DNA of 17,682 nt, taken from the NCBI GenBank assembly GCA_043739185.1, contig JAYUEN010000151.1, positions 1-17,682 on the forward strand, given 5' to 3'. Positions 17,589 to 17,682 of this stretch are shown one piece after another (position 1 is the stretch's first letter; every line of letters starts with the position of its first letter). Source of the stretch: Bdellovibrionales bacterium. GTDB lineage: Bacteria; Bdellovibrionota; Bdellovibrionia; Bdellovibrionales; JAMPXM01. The position numbers and the translations under genes are program-made. The notes under the pieces are model-generated. The model saw only the letters and a program-made list of their open reading frames with translations. It made no database searches and was not told where the DNA came from.

Positions 17589-17611
17589 TGGTGGAGAGGG
17601 CAGGTTTCAAA
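17589..17611 (-). other. tRNA/tmRNA 3'-end remnant (candidate att site)
   Basis: Minus strand TTTGAAA-CCTGC-CCTCTCC-A-CCA: degenerate T-loop, 5-nt T-stem strand, 7-nt acceptor strand, discriminator A and CCA. The 5' partner strands are absent. Confidence 0.55.
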
Positions 17612-17682
17612 TACCATTTTGTAACTAACTGAAAGAAAAGAACAAAACGAGTACTATCAATAACTTAATCCGCCACGACATA

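Noticed and set aside
1..17682. CRISPR array, integron attC array, intact tRNA or rRNA genes
   Set aside because: No regularly spaced repeats, attC-like bulged palindromes or full cloverleaf were seen.

Overview
Bacterial chromosomal window, probably Bdellovibrionota/Oligoflexia-like (inferred from an FQNC-type lipobox, stand-alone cNMP and PAS proteins and many small secreted orphans). Left part: the 3' end of a Gly/Ser beta-solenoid repeat gene, a minus-strand TolC-EmrA-EmrB efflux operon ending in a stand-alone cNMP-binding gene with a PAS-like gene upstream, three small secreted proteins (one with an exact 20-aa repeat) and an orphan OppA-type binding protein. Centre: the most notable element, a complete minus-strand transcription unit made of a sigma70-like promoter, a c-di-AMP (ydaO/yuaA-class) riboswitch with a putative expression platform, a large SPFH/flotillin gene with four N-terminal repeats, and an intrinsic terminator. 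Right part: an accessory region with secreted orphans, a possible GH43-like protein, an in-frame mosaic of decayed fragments (TPR-like, BNR/Asp-box propeller, IS1182 end), a CxxCH-bearing lipoprotein, and a tRNA/tmRNA 3'-end remnant that resembles an att site. All calls are by-eye motif recognition; no searches were run.
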